Below, piece by piece: positions 1-13,510 of a DNA stretch of 64,000 nucleotides; position 1 is the stretch's first letter, and the number at the start of each line of letters is the position of its first letter. This DNA comes from Octopus sinensis. Its lineage: Eukaryota. Below the pieces are notes generated by a model, which had not been told where the DNA came from, searched no databases, and saw only the letters and a program-made list of their open reading frames with translations. Location of the stretch: the NCBI RefSeq assembly GCF_006345805.1, contig NC_043000.1:5580001-5644000 (forward strand). Direction: 5' to 3'. The position numbers and the translations under genes were made by a program.

Positions 1-575
1 AAAGAGGGTGGCCATGGACTTTTACAACTGGAATTGACAATGAAGATTGCCACAATTAGCCTAGACACCTACCTGAAAAACTCTGAGGACTGGATGTTAA
101 AATTTGTCTCAAAACATGAAAACAAGAAAGCATCATACTCAGTAACAAAACAAGCAAAGGAAAATCTAAATGAATTCCAAACACAACAAATTCCAGAATT
201 AGACATACTAGAAGCAAGCACAGAAAAAGCTTAAACGTATGAAAACCCGTGTTAAAACTGCTGCCTTAAATATTCTTACTGATAAATGGCAAGAAAAACC
301 TCTCAATAGAAAATACTCAAAGAGAGCTAATAGAGCCGATGCTGACAAAGCTCTTACTCATGTATGGTTAATGTCTTGTGGCTAAAAATCAGAAACAGAA
401 GGGTTTCTCATACTAGCCCAAGATCAATGCCTACCAACAAGGAACTACCAGGCCAACAGGTTAAAGAACGGCAGTAACCAACATGTTGTGTGTGTAAACA
501 AAAAAAAAATGAAACCATTGATCATGTTGTCTCTATGTGTGGTCTTCTTGCCCCTGCAAAGTACCTCAATAAGCA
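1..575 (+). mobile_element. Degenerate R4/Dong-type non-LTR retrotransposon fragment (post-RT thumb region to CCHC knuckle)
   Basis: Manual translation gives KSETEGFLILAQDQCLPTRNYQ and a following C..C/H..C region plus KHDR, homologous to the elements at 4989-5456 and 42522-43624; stops and frameshifts present. Confidence 0.8.
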
Positions 576-710
576 TGATAGAGCACACATATGGTTGTAA
601 TGCATGCGCGAGGTGTACACTTATCAAGCGGATAGCCATGATGGGTATATTGGGGTTCGTATATTTATTTCACAGCGTCAGTTCGCTGGCCTGTGCTGCA
701 ATATCACTCA

Positions 711-711
<1 letters not shown>

Positions 712-743
<32 letters not shown>

Positions 744-755
744 GTAGTAGTAGTA

Positions 756-802
<47 letters not shown>

Positions 803-805
803 ATA

Positions 806-839
<34 letters not shown>

Positions 840-970
840 CGACGACGACGGCAGTGGCGGTGTTGGTGGTGGTGGTGGTGGTGGTGGTGATGGTGATGAT
901 GATGATGATAATGATGATGATGATGATGACGACGACGACGACGACGACGATGATGATGATTATGATGATG

Positions 971-1009
<39 letters not shown>

Positions 1010-1034
1010 TAATAATAATAATAATAATAATAAT
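712..1034. repeat. Compound trinucleotide microsatellite (AAT/AGT/GAT/GAC/GGT)
   Basis: Seen directly; in-phase blocks of related trimers. Confidence 0.97.
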
Positions 1035-1566
1035 GCAGTACCAGGCAGTGGCTCTCATGGCTTCTGATCTTAACTGATTGGAAGTGTTATCATGTACATT
1101 GTTTTGTCTTAGTATAAAAGATGGGTTACAGCAAATATTCTGCTCAATACCACAGATTTGCTTGTCAGTTGTTTGACCCTAACCAGTTGAGCATGTCCCT
1201 TTGTGGCTGACGATATGTGCATCTCTGATCACGAGCAGAAGTAGTGGGGGAGCATCATAGCCATGTGTTGAGAGGGATTCTTTGGGGTTTGAATAATTCA
1301 CCTCTGGAAACATGGGTGGTTCTTTCAACATCCTTAAACAACCCTTATTCAGGGACCTTTTGACTCAACCTGAAGAAAATTCTAATTGGGCCCCACCTGC
1401 AAGGTCACGTGCTGTTTATCTTGATATGAGATCACCATGTCGCGCACATATGGTTGTGATGCATGTGCCTGGTGTACCCTATCAGACGGGTAGTCAGGAT
1501 GGGTATATTGGGCTTCGTATATTTTACCCCAGTGTCACTTTGATGGCATGAACTGCTCTCTCACTC
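1035..1566 (+). mobile_element. Non-coding interspersed repeat, probably the 3' UTR/terminus of an (AAT)n-tailed Dong-like element
   Basis: Flanked by (AAT)n on both sides; its last ~120 bp (gcacatatggttgt...gatgggtatattggg...tcactc) are a diverged copy of ~585-711, which also ends in (AAT)n. Confidence 0.55.
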
Positions 1567-1712
<146 letters not shown>

Positions 1713-1946
1713 GGGACGTTTAAGAGAACATCGGGGAAGTTTAAGATGTAAGAACGATAAAACAGTGCTCCGAAATCTATCCACAAACATCGAAAACAAA
1801 GACATCGTATGGAGATAAAAAATAACTGACAAAGGACTGGACTATATCCGAGTAAGTAATACTCATTGAAATTTATTACTATTTTCGAAACGGAATGATG
1901 TATTTAACTCGATATCATCTCTACCTCTAACACAACACATGTAAAC

Positions 1947-4900
1947 ATGCGTGAAACATTACGATCCATCAACACCAGATCATCCCCGACCCCAAACACC
2001 ATGTACAAAAAAACTACGAAGAAATTAAATAACACCGATATTATTCAACCCAAGAATAACAATCGGGAAGTACGTACTTTAAACTTACAACACAAAATGT
2101 ACGAAAAACTACACGTGCAAAACAATGTGACAACAGAAATGAACGGACCGGTACCCTACGAAAATGACGACCGTCAAAATAATGGGCCGGACGTTGTTCC
2201 TCATGTCCCGCAAAAAAACCCAAAAGACATAAATGGACACGTGAGGAATACATTTCTATCCTACACGCTTACTTCACAGCAGTGCTCTACCCAAAAAATG
2301 AAAACACAACAACACATACATATAAAATATGGAAGGAAAATAACATAAATATAGACTTGGATACAGCAATGAACCCTAATAAACTAGCAAACGTACGAAG
2401 ATACATTCTCAACGCAAAAAAATATCAGAAATAGAAATAGAAGATCTAAAAGAAAAAATACATCAGGAAAATGTAGATAGAAGCCACACAACAATGCTCA
2501 ATAATATAAACACTGAAACAGTAAAACACGAAGACAAACTTAACATTCCCAACAAACACGATGTAAACAAAAAACAACAAACCCAGACCGTAAGGATGCA
2601 TAATAATACACGACAAACAGCAAGCCAAAACACGACAAACAAACATACGAACGTGAAAAAAAGTGACACAAATGTAAAACCTGGAAACAACGAAGGGGAG
2701 CCTAATGATTATGATACTATAAAAAGTGGAATAATCAAAGAACTGAAAAACACAGATCTCAAGATGGACCACCGACCATACCTTCCAAAAATCAAAATAA
2801 ACGAAACAACATCAGTTATAAACAGCATAAACCTAACCGTCACGGAACTAATAGCCACTGAAACAAGAAGCGATATCACTGAGCTAAATAACTTAGTATA
2901 CGCAGCAGCCACTGCAGCCACGAATGAAGCTGGATACTCACTCAAACCCATCCAAACAGAAGTACCACCACCCAAACAAACCCTGTGGATAAATAACATC
3001 CAAAACAAAATACAAAAAATGAGAAAAGATCTGTCGATTCTTAATGAAATCAGTAGACAATCAACGCTACTGAGCAACAAAAAGAAAACAAAAATACTCC
3101 GCAAATACAACATCACAGAAAAAGATTTACCTGAGATAAAAGAAAAACTAAAGCAAGATATCCTTGTCAAAGCACAAAGGATCCGCCGGTACGAGAAACG
3201 CCAGCGCTTCTTTGAACAAAACAGAAAGTTCAACTCCAACCCCAAAAAGTTCTACCAAGAACTTGGCAAAAATAAAATAGAAATCACTGCAGCACCAACG
3301 GCAGAAGAAGTGGAAGAATTCTGGAGAGAAATATAGTCGGCGAACGAACAACCAAAAAAGTATTAAAACAACAAACTTTGCATCTGAGCAACTTTGGACC
3401 CCCATAACAACTGAAGAGGTCACCCAGGCACTGCAAAGACTAAGCAACTGGAAGGCACCTGGGCATGACAAGATCCTCAACTTCTGGTTGAAATATCTAA
3501 CAGGAATGCACAAAAAGCTGGCTGAAAACTTTAACAACATACTAGCAGAGCCAAAGACAATCCTAGAATGGCTCACGAAGGGGAAAACCATCTTAATTCC
3601 CAAATCAAATGAGACAGCAAAACCAGAAAACTACAGACCAATAACCTGTCTTCCTACAATGTACAAGGCATTTACTGCAGTGATATCGCAAAGGTTGAAC
3701 ACGCACCTGGACGAAAACAACCTGTTTCCAGAATAGCAGAAAGGATGCCGCAAAGGCTCATATGGCTGTGAAGATCAACTAATGATTAATAAAGCCATAA
3801 CTGAAGACAGCCACAGAAAGAAGAAAGGCCTCAGTATGGCCTGGATCGACTATAAAAAGGCATTTGATAGCATCCCCCACACATGGATCCTCGAAACACT
3901 AGCCATTAACAAAGTAGCACCAACAATTATAAAATTCATAGGACACTCAATGAATAAATGGCAAACAGGGCTACAGCTCCAAACAAAAGAGAGACTCATG
4001 AAAACCAAAGACATCCCCATTAGAAGAGGAATATTCCAGGGAGACACGCTCTCTCCACTCCTTTTCTGCTTGGCACTGTCACCTCTATCTGATATGCTAA
4101 ATAGAACTGGATGCGGATATAAATGTTACAGCAAAACGATCAGCCACCTTTTATATATGGATGACCTAAAACTATACGCTGCAAATGACAAACAGCTGGA
4201 AACACTATTAAAGACAATTCATGGATTTACCAAAGAAATAGATATGAAATTTGGATTAGAAAAATGCGCCAAAGTAACCATGAAAAGAGGAAAACTAGTT
4301 AAGAGTAGCAACATCACACTAGATAAAACCAATGAAATAAAAGAATTAGACCAAAGCCAAACTTACAAATACTTAGGAATCCATGAACTAGATAAGACAC
4401 AACACACACAAATGAAAGAGAAAATAAAAAAAGAATATTATAGACGAGTTAGATCAATACTAAAAACAGAGCTCAATGCTAAAAACAAGATAATAGGTAT
4501 CAACACTTTAGCTGTCCCAGTTATAAGTTACAGCTACAATATCCTTAACTGGACACTAAATGAACTGACCAAAATAGATAGGAAAACAAGAAAAATAATG
4601 ACAGGATCTAGGATGCATCACCCAAAATCTGACATAGAAAGACTATATATACAACGTATAGAAGGTGGTAGAGGCCTTATACAGCTGGAAAACTACTATA
4701 AAATAACCACCATAGGACTGCAAAATATCTACTTCAGAAGGAAGGAAAACTGATACAAATAGCGGCAAAACACAAGCAAAACAAAAAACTGTTCTCAGTA
4801 TTTAAGGAAGCTGACAAATACAAACAAGAAATCATACCACCTAACAGATATGAAAAAGAAGAAGAAGAAGAAGAAGAAGAAGAAGAAGAAGAAGAAGAAG

Positions 4901-5789
4901 AAGAAGAAGAAGAAGAAGAAGAAGAAGAAGAAGAAGAAGAAGAAGAAGAAAAGAAGAAGAAGAAGAAACAACAAAAGCTATAAAACAAATGAAATCCAAA
5001 CTAAAAATAGAACAACAACGAACCATGATAAAACGATGGCACGAAAAGCCCCTTCATGGTAAATACTGGACTAAACTAAATGCAAAAGAAATAGACAAAG
5101 AAAAATCCCAGCAATGGTTGAGAAGCTCAGGACTCAAAGCAGAGACAGAGGGATTTTTAATTGCAGCACAAGACCAAAGCCTCCCCACCAGAAATTACCA
5201 AAAACATGTAATGAAAAGAAATATTACAAGTAACTGCAGAATATGTGGAGATGGACAAGAAACAATAAATCATATTATCTCTAGCTGCCCAGTCCTGGCT
5301 AAGAAGGAATATATTCACAGACATGACAGAGTCGGAACTTACATACACTGGAAGCTATGTCAACATTATGGAATAACAACAGAAAAAGATGGTATAGGCA
5401 CACACCAGAAACGAGAAAGCAACCATACCCTGGGATATGCCGATACACACAGATAGAGAAATTAAGGCCAACAGACCAGATATAGTTGTCAGAGATCATT
5501 AAGAAAAAAATGCTTTCTAATTGATGTATCAATATCGGCAGATGACAACGTGTCTCTAAAAGAAATGGAGAAATTTTCAAAATACAAAGACCTGGAAATA
5601 GAGGTAACCAGAATGTGGAATCTAAAAACAGAAACAATTCCTATCATAGTAGGTGCATTAGGCATAATAGAAAAATATTCAGACAAATACGTAACAAAAA
5701 CACCAGGACTTACAAACACATATAACATACAGAAAATTGCACTACTAGGCACTGCACACATTCCTCGCAGAACACTTTCCATACAATAA
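1947..5789 (+). pseudogene. Disrupted single ORF (RT-RLE polyprotein) of the Dong-like element
   Basis: ORF segments 1947-2348, 2494-3336, 3488-3736, 3782-4753, 4989-5456 and 5550-5789, broken by stops (e.g. TAG at ~3733 where the 41.6 kb copy has GAG) and frameshifts. Confidence 0.88.
4858..4967 (+). repeat. (GAA)n expansion inside the Dong ORF (poly-Glu)
   Basis: More than 30 GAA units, versus KEEEEDDEE at the homologous site (~42762-42790). Confidence 0.95.
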
Positions 5790-5883
5790 CCATCAGAGCA
5801 TCACTACAAATCACAGCACATACCCAAGGCACACAGAGCTGCGCTCGGTAGTGAAGTGAAAGCACGCTATAAAAATAAAACTA

Positions 5884-5886
<3 letters not shown>

Positions 5887-5938
<52 letters not shown>

Positions 5939-6142
5939 CTACTGAATAATAATAATGATGATGATGATGATGATGATCATTATGAGAATTAAAAATTCCA
6001 ATTATTATTATTATTAATATTTTTACTACTACTATCATCAACATCCTCTTCCTCCTCATTACCACCATCATCATTATCATCATCATTATCATTATCATTG
6101 TTATTATTATTATTAGTAGTAGTAGTATTAGTATTATTATTA

Positions 6143-6189
<47 letters not shown>

Positions 6190-6230
6190 GTTGTTGTTTT
6201 TGTTGTTGTTGTTGTTGTTGTTGTTATTCA
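5887..6230. repeat. Compound (AAT)/(GAT)/(ATT)/(CAT)/(GTT) microsatellite
   Basis: Seen directly. Confidence 0.95.
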
Positions 6231-6619
6231 GTCAACCGTGCTTAGAACGTCCCTCAGTCGGTCATTTATCCATTTTTTCTACTTAGTTATTTTATTAGCT
6301 TTATTCAATATTACTGTTTTTTATTAATATTACTATTATCATTATTTATAGCCATTATTTATAATAAGACAGACTGACGTCAGAGTCGCCAGGGAAGCAG
6401 GCAACCAAGCTATATGATACGGTGTTTGCTATTGTCGCAATTTCACAGGTAACAGGACGTCTGCTGACGTCATACAAACACAAATGTCCGATCGCTGAAG
6501 GTGATAAGCCTTTCCGGTGACGGCCATCAACCCTTTCACATCAAAGTTGTAGACGTTATTAAGTGTCCCAACACTATGTTAGGTGCTCTGTATATACCTG
6601 TTGCATCTATACACACAGG

Positions 6620-6836
6620 CATATACATGCATACACATACACACACATACAGAACACACACACACACACAAGCGCATGCATATACATATATACATACATG
6701 CATTCACATGTATATGTATACACACACACACATATATATATATGCACGTACAAATATATATATATATATTACCTATAGATATACTTATTTACACACATGC
6801 ATACAGGTACGCACACATATATATGTATGCGTGTAC

Positions 6837-6880
<44 letters not shown>

Positions 6881-6987
6881 GTATACAAATATACATATTT
6901 GTGCATGTATGTATATATATATATATATATATATACATATATTCGTGAATGTGTGTGCGTGGATATGGGTATGTATGTATGCATGTG

Positions 6988-7031
<44 letters not shown>

Positions 7032-7052
7032 ATGTATGTATGTATGCATGTG

Positions 7053-7085
<33 letters not shown>

Positions 7086-7095
7086 ACATGTGTGT
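6620..7095. repeat. Mixed (CA)/(TA)/(TG)/(TATG) microsatellite
   Basis: Seen directly. Confidence 0.95.
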
Positions 7096-7589
7096 ATAAG
7101 GTTATTTTCTTTACACTGGTGATTTTGCGATTTATTTTGGGGCCTATTTATTTATTGTATTTAACAATCAATCCGAATGAACAATATTGATAGTTCTTTT
7201 TTCCTTTTCTTTTTCTTTTTTTTTTTCTCTTTTATTATGTTTAGCGTTATTTAACCGAAACTTGTGTTCTGAAAACAAATCGGGAAAAATCAAGAAATCG
7301 AGAAATCTGATCAACAATATATTACAGTAATTGTTTTATTTATAGGCAATTATATTTGGTTAGTTACGCACTTTATTTGTTTGTTCGCTGGTCTTTATGT
7401 GGTTTGGTGATTGCAGCCACTTGTATATGGATTTGCAACGTTTTCCTCTTCTTGGCTTTAATATCAAATTGAGGTCAGCAGTGGACGTTGCTCTGTTAGA
7501 GGAGAAGAGAAGACCGTTGGATAAATTTCTTATCGTATTTAAGTCAGTCACTTTAAACTGTGATTTCAAGTCATCTTTGCCAACTGGGC

Positions 7590-8170
7590 CCACCGAATTA
7601 GAAGAATCGTTAGAGATTCGGATGAAATATTTTGTAATATTTAGTTTTTTCCCCCTTCGTTCCAAGTTCGAATCCCGTCGAAGTCATCTTTGCCTCTAGA
7701 TCCAAATGATTGACATAATCATTAGAGATTTGGATAAATCATCGCGTAATATCTAGCTTTGTCCCCTTACGTTCCAAGTTCGAATCCCGTCGAAGTCATC
7801 TTTGCCACTAGGGCCATGGAGCTGACAGAATCCATAGAAAGTCATGTAAAATTACTTGTAGCTGTTGGTTTTGTCTCTTTATGTACTAAGAACGAATACC
7901 ACCGAAGTAAACTTTGACTTTTAGATCCAGTGGATTGACATAATCGGTAAAGCGTCGGGTAAATGGCAAAGCAGTATTACTCCAAGGCTCTTAACTCTCT
8001 CAGTTCTACTCCTACCGAGATCATCTTTGTTTCTAAGTTCAGTGGATTGACAAGGCATGGGATAAAATGCTTTGTAGTACATAGCTCGATCCCCCAAGGG
8101 TTTCGTGTTCGAATCGTGCTTTTGGGGATGCTGGAATGGTGAGACCGGTAAGTGACACGATGCACTGTTT
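7590..8170 (+). mobile_element. Cluster of degenerate tRNA-derived SINE fragments
   Basis: Two copies of cgttccaagttcgaatcccgtcgaagtcatctttgcc (B-box GTTCGAATC) at ~7657 and ~7769, and repeated tagatcc..gattgac modules. Confidence 0.6.
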
Positions 8171-8291
8171 TCTATTCAATTGCCGAGATTATCTTTGCAT
8201 ATATTCCTTCCTGAATGGATAAAATAATAACACGTGACACTGTGTTACAATAAAAATAACTTACTGCGCAATAACTAAATACATATATATG

Positions 8292-8347
<56 letters not shown>

Positions 8348-8374
8348 TATATATATATATATATATATATATGC

Positions 8375-8410
<36 letters not shown>

Positions 8411-8422
8411 CAATTTGTGTTG

Positions 8423-8459
<37 letters not shown>

Positions 8460-9199
8460 ATTACAACAAGTACGCAGTATAAATGTGTGTGTGTGTTTAT
8501 TAGGTAATAATGCATTAAAAAATGTGTATAAGATATAGGAAATTAGTGCTCATATCTGACCAGATACTTAGAATCTAACATTAAACGAAGGATGGCTGAA
8601 CCCAGGCAAACAAGGATATGTTATAAACAACGTGACGGTTAAGCTAATGAAATTATAATAAAATAAAGACAGATACGGACTGTTGTTAATGACATAAAGC
8701 ATTTATAAAATAGTTATACGGAAGTGAGTATAAATATATAAATAATTAGGCAGAAAACGAGAAAATTAAGAAAATGAGAGTTCATATTAATTCTTCATAG
8801 GTATATATTCTAAATCTCTCTCACGAAGAGTCTGTCGTGATTTTAGGAGGAACTTCGCACTCTTCTGAACAGCCAAAGGGTGGCTGTCAACTTTTACTGA
8901 CATAGCTTCTTTAAAACGTTTATGGCTTTTGAGAGGGGGAGGTGTGCAGACTTCTGCGACAGTTTAGCCTCCTGCGAGGACGGGAGATGCCCTTATCTGG
9001 TTTGTTCAATTAGAGACGAGTTTTGCAGCAAGCTGAGTAGCAACAGAGGCGCAAAAGTGTAACATGGTGTTGAGTAGCTTTGCCCCCACCTCTGAGTAAT
9101 GAAGTTGGGGACTCGCTGGTGGATCCTGCTGAACCATTTTCATATTCTTCCGTAAGGGAAGAGATACTAAGGAGGACTTCCAATTCAAGGCAAAATTAG

Positions 9200-11440
9200 T
9201 TTGCTACACTTTTCAATAACGATCAACTGACAGAAAACCTACTCAACGTCTTCGTAGAATGAAATCAACAAATAGAAGAGTCTTATCTTAAGGAAATTTC
9301 CTTTGGCAAGTTACCTCATAGTACTCAAACACTACTTTCAATTGGCAGATTTGGCAGATGGTATTATGGAATTATCATCTAGAGAGTCTGTAAATGCTTT
9401 GCCATCCATTTCTTCAGAATTACAGATGATGAAGGAAACTTACGAGAAACAATTTAAAGTATTAACAGACAAGATCGAAAGTCTTCAACTGGGAAAAGAT
9501 AAACGCTCTTATAATAGAAATAATGCAAGATGGCGTAGATGATTGAAAAGTTTCAAGAAAAAGGCTAGAAAAATGAAACTAACTTTAAAGGATGATGAAA
9601 TGAAGGCTTTTCAAAGCATAAAAGAAAAACTGTGTGTGCAACACTCTTAAACTATCCGGTTCCTGAAGCAAAATTATCGTTGGTAGTTGATGCTTCCGAT
9701 GTTGGAATCGGTAGAATTTTACAACAGTTTCATTGTGGTTCTTGGCAACCATTATCCTTCTTTTCAAAAGCATTCAAGCCACCAGAAACGAAATACAGTG
9801 TTTTCGGCAGAGAATTGTTGGCAGTTTACTTGTCAATTAAATACTTCAGACATCTTCCTGAAGGTAGGTCATTTACATTATTTACTGACCATAAACCATT
9901 TACACATGCACTAAAACTTCTTCTGAAAAATATTCTCCCAGAGAAATTAGACACCTTGATTATATTTCACAGTATACTGTGGATATACGGTATACCAAGG
10001 GTGTTGAAAATTCTGCATCTGATGCACTTTCTCGAATGAATGTTGATGCATTAAGTTTATTAAGCACTATCAATTTAGAAGAAATGTCTAAAGATCAAAC
10101 TACTGATAAAGAATTTTCTTTATATAAAAATTTCAGTTCTACTTATTTGAAATTCAAATTATTGCCTATTCATTCTTGTAAATTACCTATTTGGTGTGAT
10201 ATTTCTACTGGTTTTTCTAGACCATTTGTGCCTGAAAGACATAGAAAAATTGTTTTTTCTATTTTACATAAATTATCTCATCCTGGTATTGGAGCTTCAT
10301 TAAAATTAATATCGAGTCGATTTGTTTGGCCTGGTATGAATAAGTATATTCGTTCTTGGGTTCAATCGTGTATGCAGAGTCAAAAAGCAAAAGTAAATCG
10401 TCACATTAAAGCACCATTAGGTACTTCTGCAAATCATGATGCCAGATTCCGACACATTCATATTGACATAGTTGGACCATTACCTCCAGTGGAAGGTAAT
10501 ATTTATTTGTTAACATGCATAGATCGTTTTTCGCAATGGTCAGAAGCCACCCAATCAAAGAAATATCTGCAATAACTATAGCAAGACCTTTATTTACCAA
10601 TAGGATGTCTAGAATCGACATTGACAATAGATTGTGGAAGACAACTTTGAGTCTACACTTTTTGCAGAATTTAACAAATTGTTGGAAATTCATAGAATTC
10701 GTACAACTTCATATCATCACAATCTAACGGCATGATAGAAAGGTTTCATAGGCAGTTGAAATCTTCATTAAGAACTTATTCTGAATCTAGCAGTTGGTTA
10801 GAAGTTTTACCAGTGATATCGTTAGGAATCAGGAGTGCTGTTAAAGAAAGTTTACAATATTCTCCTGCTGAACTTTTGCACGGAACAACATTAACTTTAA
10901 CTGGTCAAATATTTGAAGAAATCAATTCTTTTAATGAGGATATTAACAATTACGTAACCCGGCTCAAGAGATTTCTTTCTGATGATCCTTCTTTTACAAG
11001 TAAATTACAAAATATTAAAAGTTTCACTCCTTCTGATATTAATTCTTGGACTCATGTATTTGTACGTAATGATGCCAGCCATCACTCACTGAATTATAAA
11101 TACCCTGTACCTTTTAAAGTTTTGTCAATTAAAGATAAAACTCTGACTTTGGATATGCATGGTAAAAAAGAAATTGTCAGTTTAGACAGAGTTAAAAAAG
11201 CTTATTTCGATCAGTCTTCATATCATGAAAATAAATATTTGAGCAACACATTTCAAAAGAAACTTGAAAGAGAAAAATTCACAAGACAGCAAACCACAGT
11301 TGCGAAAAAGATCCACAAGTCAATTTTAAAATCACCTACAAGCGAAAAGAAAACTAGAAGGGGTAGAATTATACATTTTCCCAAAACACTTCTCAGTTTG
11401 TTTGAATATATTCCACATGAACTTTTATATTCCAAATAGG
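9200..11440 (+). mobile_element. pol: Internally deleted Ty3/gypsy LTR retrotransposon (gag C-terminus, RNase H, integrase; protease and RT core missing)
   Basis: gag-like DRKPTQRLRRM and LADLADGIME; RNase H VDASDVGIG..PLSFFSK..YSVFGRELLAVY..TDHKP; integrase H.LSHPG..C, HIDIVGPLP, LTCIDRFS, SNGMIERFHRQLK; C-terminal YPVPFKV. Frameshifted; no LTRs identified. Confidence 0.9.
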
Positions 11441-12469
11441 AAACATATAAAAGTAATGTTACACAAACAGTAACCAAACCGGCTATAAAAGTATTTTTAG
11501 AAAAATTTCGTTAAAAAATACTCATTTTTCTAAAAGTTAAGAGAAATCAAAGCCAACAGATGTGAATTTTCCAAAACTCCTCACCTCACCTTCGGAATGT
11601 ATTTCAGAGGGATCCTGATATAATCCTGATATAATCCCTCCTGAAGCGTATCTGTAGAAAATTTCATTGAAAAATATCTATTTTCCTTACAGTTATGAGG
11701 AAACAAAATCGATTAAGGTAACAATGATGACTATAGCGATGATGGTGGCAGTAGCGATGGTGAAAGAGAAATCTCATTCAGCTTTCAAGAAGAATGAATA
11801 TTTAAAGAAAGACGTCAAAGCGAAGGTGGGTGGGTAGATACTAGACAAAAGAAAACAATGAACAAAAGCAATAGTCTTTGTTGAAATTAATGAAGCGAAT
11901 TCAAAATATACAATTTAAAAACCAAAAACGGAAGTGGGCTACAAAACGTGCCAAAAAAATAACCAGACATTCAAGAAAGCAGAAATAAAAATATTTTTTA
12001 AAAAAAGGTATTGCTATAAAGTGACGGTAAAACAGTTCAATGAACTATTTCAATCAGGATGTTGCGTAAAATTAATAATGGGGGAAGATTCGTCAATTAA
12101 ACGGGTATGTTGTGATGTTGTTTACAACAGGAATAACGAGAGAAATGATATATATATACATATATATATATTATATATACATATACACACATGTGTGCAT
12201 GTATGTATATATATACATACACGCACACATACACACACACACACACACACATGTATATATGTTTATGTGTGTGCGTATGTATGTATATTTTTGTCTGACT
12301 GTATGTATAAGTATATATACGTATCTATGCATGTATATATATACAATACAAACAAGATAGATAAATTCGTATATATATATTATATATTCGTATATATATA
12401 TATATAATTAATATGTATATATATATATAATTAATATATGTGTATATATATATGTATATAATCAATATG

Positions 12470-12510
<41 letters not shown>

Positions 12511-12520
12511 TATATATATA

Positions 12521-12705
12521 TACTAAGCAATAAGGGTTTAGCAACGAATTGCCTTACCACATATGTATGTGGTAAGGCAATTCGTTGCTAAACCTTATGC
12601 TTAGTATTACTTAAATTTTCTCGAATGAGGCTTTTACATGCCGAAGACTACTTGGTGTAATTGATAATTATTCCAAATTAATTAATTTCACCCTTCATTA
12701 TTACG
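12521..12705 (+). mobile_element. Short relic of the 55-56 kb foldback family, with a near-perfect 86-nt hairpin at its 5' end
   Basis: 12521-12606 is an inverted repeat (arms ~41-43 nt, 2-nt loop); 12562-12705 aligns by eye with ~55630-55750 (tatgcggcaaag...tactggtgaaattgat...aattttaccct). Confidence 0.55.
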
Positions 12706-12734
12706 GATAACTATATGTATATATATATATATCA

Positions 12735-12855
12735 CGGGACGGATCACGGGACCGACCAGACCATCAGATGTTGTTACACATCGCTGGTCACAATGCGTTC
12801 GCATTGTCTTAGCCTTCAATGACGCCACCCCGCTGGCTAAGCGAGCAGGCCAATA
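12735..12855 (+). mobile_element. Fragment of a SINE-like interspersed repeat
   Basis: GC-richer island (gaccgaccagaccatcagatgttgttacacatcgctggtcacaatgcg...) between TA microsatellites; resembles a recalled octopus repeat. Confidence 0.45.
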
Positions 12856-12911
12856 TATATATACATATATAATATATATATATATATATTATATATATAT
12901 ATATATATATA

Positions 12912-12946
<35 letters not shown>

Positions 12947-13184
12947 GTGTGTGTGTGTGTGTGTGTGTGTGCGTATGACGGAGGCGGAATGGTACATCGT
13001 GATATGCATATTTTCTTTTATGTATAACAAATGAAATAAGTATGTAATTGCAAAATAAGTACGAAAACTGAAATTCAGGAAAAGAAAAGTGACATGTGTT
13101 TAGCGATATGTTTTGTTCGCATATGGCTTTGCATTGCTTGTATTTTCAGAGGAATATCATATAGTAAGAAAAATGACAGATAGG

Positions 13185-13510
<326 letters not shown>

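Larger units (their letters stand above)
1713..5886 (+). mobile_element. Near full-length R4/Dong-clade non-LTR retrotransposon (RT + CCHC + restriction-like endonuclease), inserted in (AAT)n
   Basis: RT motifs (YRPITCLPTMYK, WIDYKKAFDS, GIFQGDTLSPLLF, LYMDDLKLY, YKYLG), CRICG..ETINHIISSC knuckle, RPDIV..LIDVS..K.SKY RLE motif; (AAT)n at both ends, matching the known TAA-repeat specificity of Dong. Confidence 0.92.

Noticed and set aside
488-1012. Long low-complexity ORFs (also 6501-7190, 13146-13607, 27982-28894, 30262-31782 and others)
   Set aside because: They are translations of stop-free microsatellites (poly-N/V/M, YI, HT, LPTY repeats), not genes.
2446-3603. Antisense ORFs over LINE coding regions (also 41760-41957, 52537-53025, 32203-33749)
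   Set aside because: Shadow frames of transposon ORFs with no independent motifs.
8880-9190. Minus-strand ORF 9006-9188 in a GC-richer patch
   Set aside because: No recognisable motif; probably an unidentified repeat fragment.
8540-11930. LTRs, PBS and PPT for the gypsy element
   Set aside because: No direct terminal repeat could be found by eye on either side.
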